From: a candidate division WOR-3 bacterium UBA1063
GTDB taxonomy: Bacteria; Hydrothermota; Hydrothermia; UBA1063
NCBI GenBank assembly: GCA_002316275.1
Contig: DCDE01000009.1
Coordinates: 15,349-79,348 of the forward strand
Direction: 5' to 3'
Length of the DNA: 64,000 bases
Shown: one piece after another, positions 62,446 to 64,000 of the stretch
How the letters are laid out: each line of letters starts with the position of its first letter
Position numbering within the stretch: position 1 is the stretch's first letter
Program-made: the position numbers and the translations under genes
The notes under the pieces: generated by a model
What the model saw: the letters and a program-made list of their open reading frames with translations, nothing else
Databases searched by the model: none
What the model was told of the DNA's origin: nothing

Positions 62446-63668
62446 TATTCCTCCTTGAGTACCCTTTCGTTTACCTTCTTCACAGCATCGTTCAATGCTT
62501 GTTCAGGACTCTTCTGCCCAGCAAGCGCAGCCTCCATCTCGCTGTTAAAGGTCAATTCAATCTCTGTATAGTTAGGATGCGGGGGTCTTGGAGTGGCGTA
62601 TTGCATTTGCGTTATGAAGGTCATAAGGTAAGGATGTTTTGTTGTATCCACAAGTGTTATGGCTTCTTCGCGGATGGGTATTTGGCCAAGTTCATTTGCC
62701 CAGTAAGCCTGAATTTCGGGTGAGAGGATGAACCTTAAGAATTTTAGTCCCAAATCTTTTGTTTCTTTATGAAACAGGACCATATTAGTCCCACCAACAG
62801 TTGTAGCTGAACCGGTTGGTCCCTCTGGGATGAGTGCCACCCCAAAGGGTATATTTGCTTCTGTCAGGGATTTTATAGCCCAGGGACCGCTAAATATCAT
62901 AGCATATTTGCCGTTCCGAAATCCTGCATCGGGGTTAATGGCACCGGCTTGCCACGCACCACCCTCAATCTTGTATTTCCTGTAAAGATCCACTTTAAGG
63001 GTGAATGCTTCTATAGCTTCAGGAGAGTTAAGTAGGCACGTTTTTCCATCTTCACTTAAGAATTTTGCTCCGTATGAGAAGAAGAAGGGGAATGTCCACC
63101 AGAGGGAATTGTTCATTCCAAAAGCGAAGATTTCTCCGTCGGTAATTTTCTTCCCCGCTTCGATAAACGCTTCCCAGGTTTTAGGTGGCTCTTTAATACC
63201 TTTTTCTGAAAATATCTTCTTGTTATAAAATAGCGCTATACAGGTTGACTGGTCAGGAAGACCATAGAAGTTACCTAAATAGTAGTTGGAGTAGAGAGCT
63301 GCTTTTAATAGATGATCCTTGATATCGGCAATTTCAGACTCCTCTATAGGTAAAATAGCATTCTTGCTTGCGAGTTTAGCAACAAAGGCATAGTCTACCC
63401 TGGCGATATCGGGGACACTTTTGGCTGCGAGTCCCGTAAGGATTTTCTGCTCCATACCGTCGAAGGGGATTCTCTGAACCTCTATTTCCGTCCCTGGGTT
63501 TTCTTTTTTGAACCTTTCCACAATATCCATAAATATTTTGTGTTCCTCGTCGTTATAGCTCTCCCATATCACCAGTTTGTTCGCCTGTCGTGCTCCTCTT
63601 CCAGAGCACGACATCGTAAAGATGCCAAAACCTAAAAGGGTAATTAAAGCTAACTTTTCCATCTTCAC
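62442..63668 (-). CDS. ABC transporter substrate-binding lipoprotein, family 1 (sugar-type)
   Basis: A signal with lipobox (GIFTMSC) is followed by an extracellular solute-binding family-1 fold. No cognate permease or ATPase gene appears in the window. Confidence 0.75.
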   Translation of the reverse strand: MKMEKLALITLLGFGIFTMSCSGRGARQANKLVIWESYNDEEHKIFMDIVERFKKENPGTEIEVQRIPFDGMEQKILTGLAAKSVPDIARVDYAFVAKLASKNAILPIEESEIADIKDHLLKAALYSNYYLGNFYGLPDQSTCIALFYNKKIFSEKGIKEPPKTWEAFIEAGKKITDGEIFAFGMNNSLWWTFPFFFSYGAKFLSEDGKTCLLNSPEAIEAFTLKVDLYRKYKIEGGAWQAGAINPDAGFRNGKYAMIFSGPWAIKSLTEANIPFGVALIPEGPTGSATTVGGTNMVLFHKETKDLGLKFLRFILSPEIQAYWANELGQIPIREEAITLVDTTKHPYLMTFITQMQYATPRPPHPNYTEIELTFNSEMEAALAGQKSPEQALNDAVKKVNERVLKEEY

Positions 63669-64000
63669 CTCCTCAATAATTTTAATGAAAACCTTTCAAA
63701 AATCAAAAGTTATGATTAATTATGGATGTTTCCCAAATGATAGGATTATAAGGGGAGTTATGACTTTTATTTAAAGTGGAGAAAGTATTGAACGCAAGAA
63801 AGTAGATAATGCAGGTCGAAGAAGTTCTTGATTTTTGAAATGACGTGTGATAATTTTTTGAAATCGAAGAAAGGAAGTAGGTATGGGTAGATGGATACGA
63901 TACAGTATTTATATGGTAAACTATGATTGTCATTACCCGAGGTTTTACTTTTTGTAGGTACTTGAGACATTTTTCATATTCACCTGTAGTGCAGAGGAGG

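Noticed and set aside
63669-64000. Several 60-76-aa ORFs at the window end
   Set aside because: The region is AT-rich and promoter-like, upstream of the SBP operon. The translations are low-complexity and have no RBS.

Overview
This is a gene-dense, roughly 40% GC bacterial chromosomal window with about 60 CDS and 3 tRNAs. I found no IS elements, integrases, CRISPR arrays or obvious prophage content. The lpxB, kdsB and GT9 heptosyltransferase genes indicate LPS and therefore a diderm organism. K/E/I-rich proteins and several archaeal-type enzymes (a TreT-like GT4, a bifunctional PGI/PMI, a tricorn-like protease and a membrane pyrophosphatase) suggest a thermophile.

Housekeeping blocks:
- hisC (partial)
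- purSQLF
- hppA-prs-rplY-pth-efp-accB and a tRNA nucleotidyltransferase
- uvrC, nth, dapF, panD, kdsB and lpxB

Two accessory-looking loci stand out:
- Trehalose/osmoadaptation island (4.0-13.4 kb). It holds a family-1 sugar ABC importer (SBP, two permeases, ATPase), an MscS channel, a GTG-initiated OtsA-OtsB fusion (TPS/TPP), a 216-aa unknown protein translationally coupled on both sides, and a TreT-like GT4 glycosyltransferase.
- Co-oriented block 13.7-21.1 kb on the plus strand. It starts with a PD40 lipoprotein/small-OMP pair. From 15.7 kb it continues as a tightly coupled five-gene predicted operon of outer-membrane beta-barrel-like proteins and lipoproteins. Three of those genes carry unmistakable AMPK-beta-type glycogen-binding (CBM48) modules, including a CBM48-beta-barrel fusion. 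I regard this as a candidate, apparently undescribed, cell-surface alpha-glucan capture system.

A paralogous secreted DOMON/CBM9-like protein is coupled to a second family-1 SBP at 61.4-63.7 kb. A perfect 36-bp inverted repeat lies between an esterase/FadL-like pair and kdsB.

All calls come from reading translations against remembered family signatures; no database search was possible.
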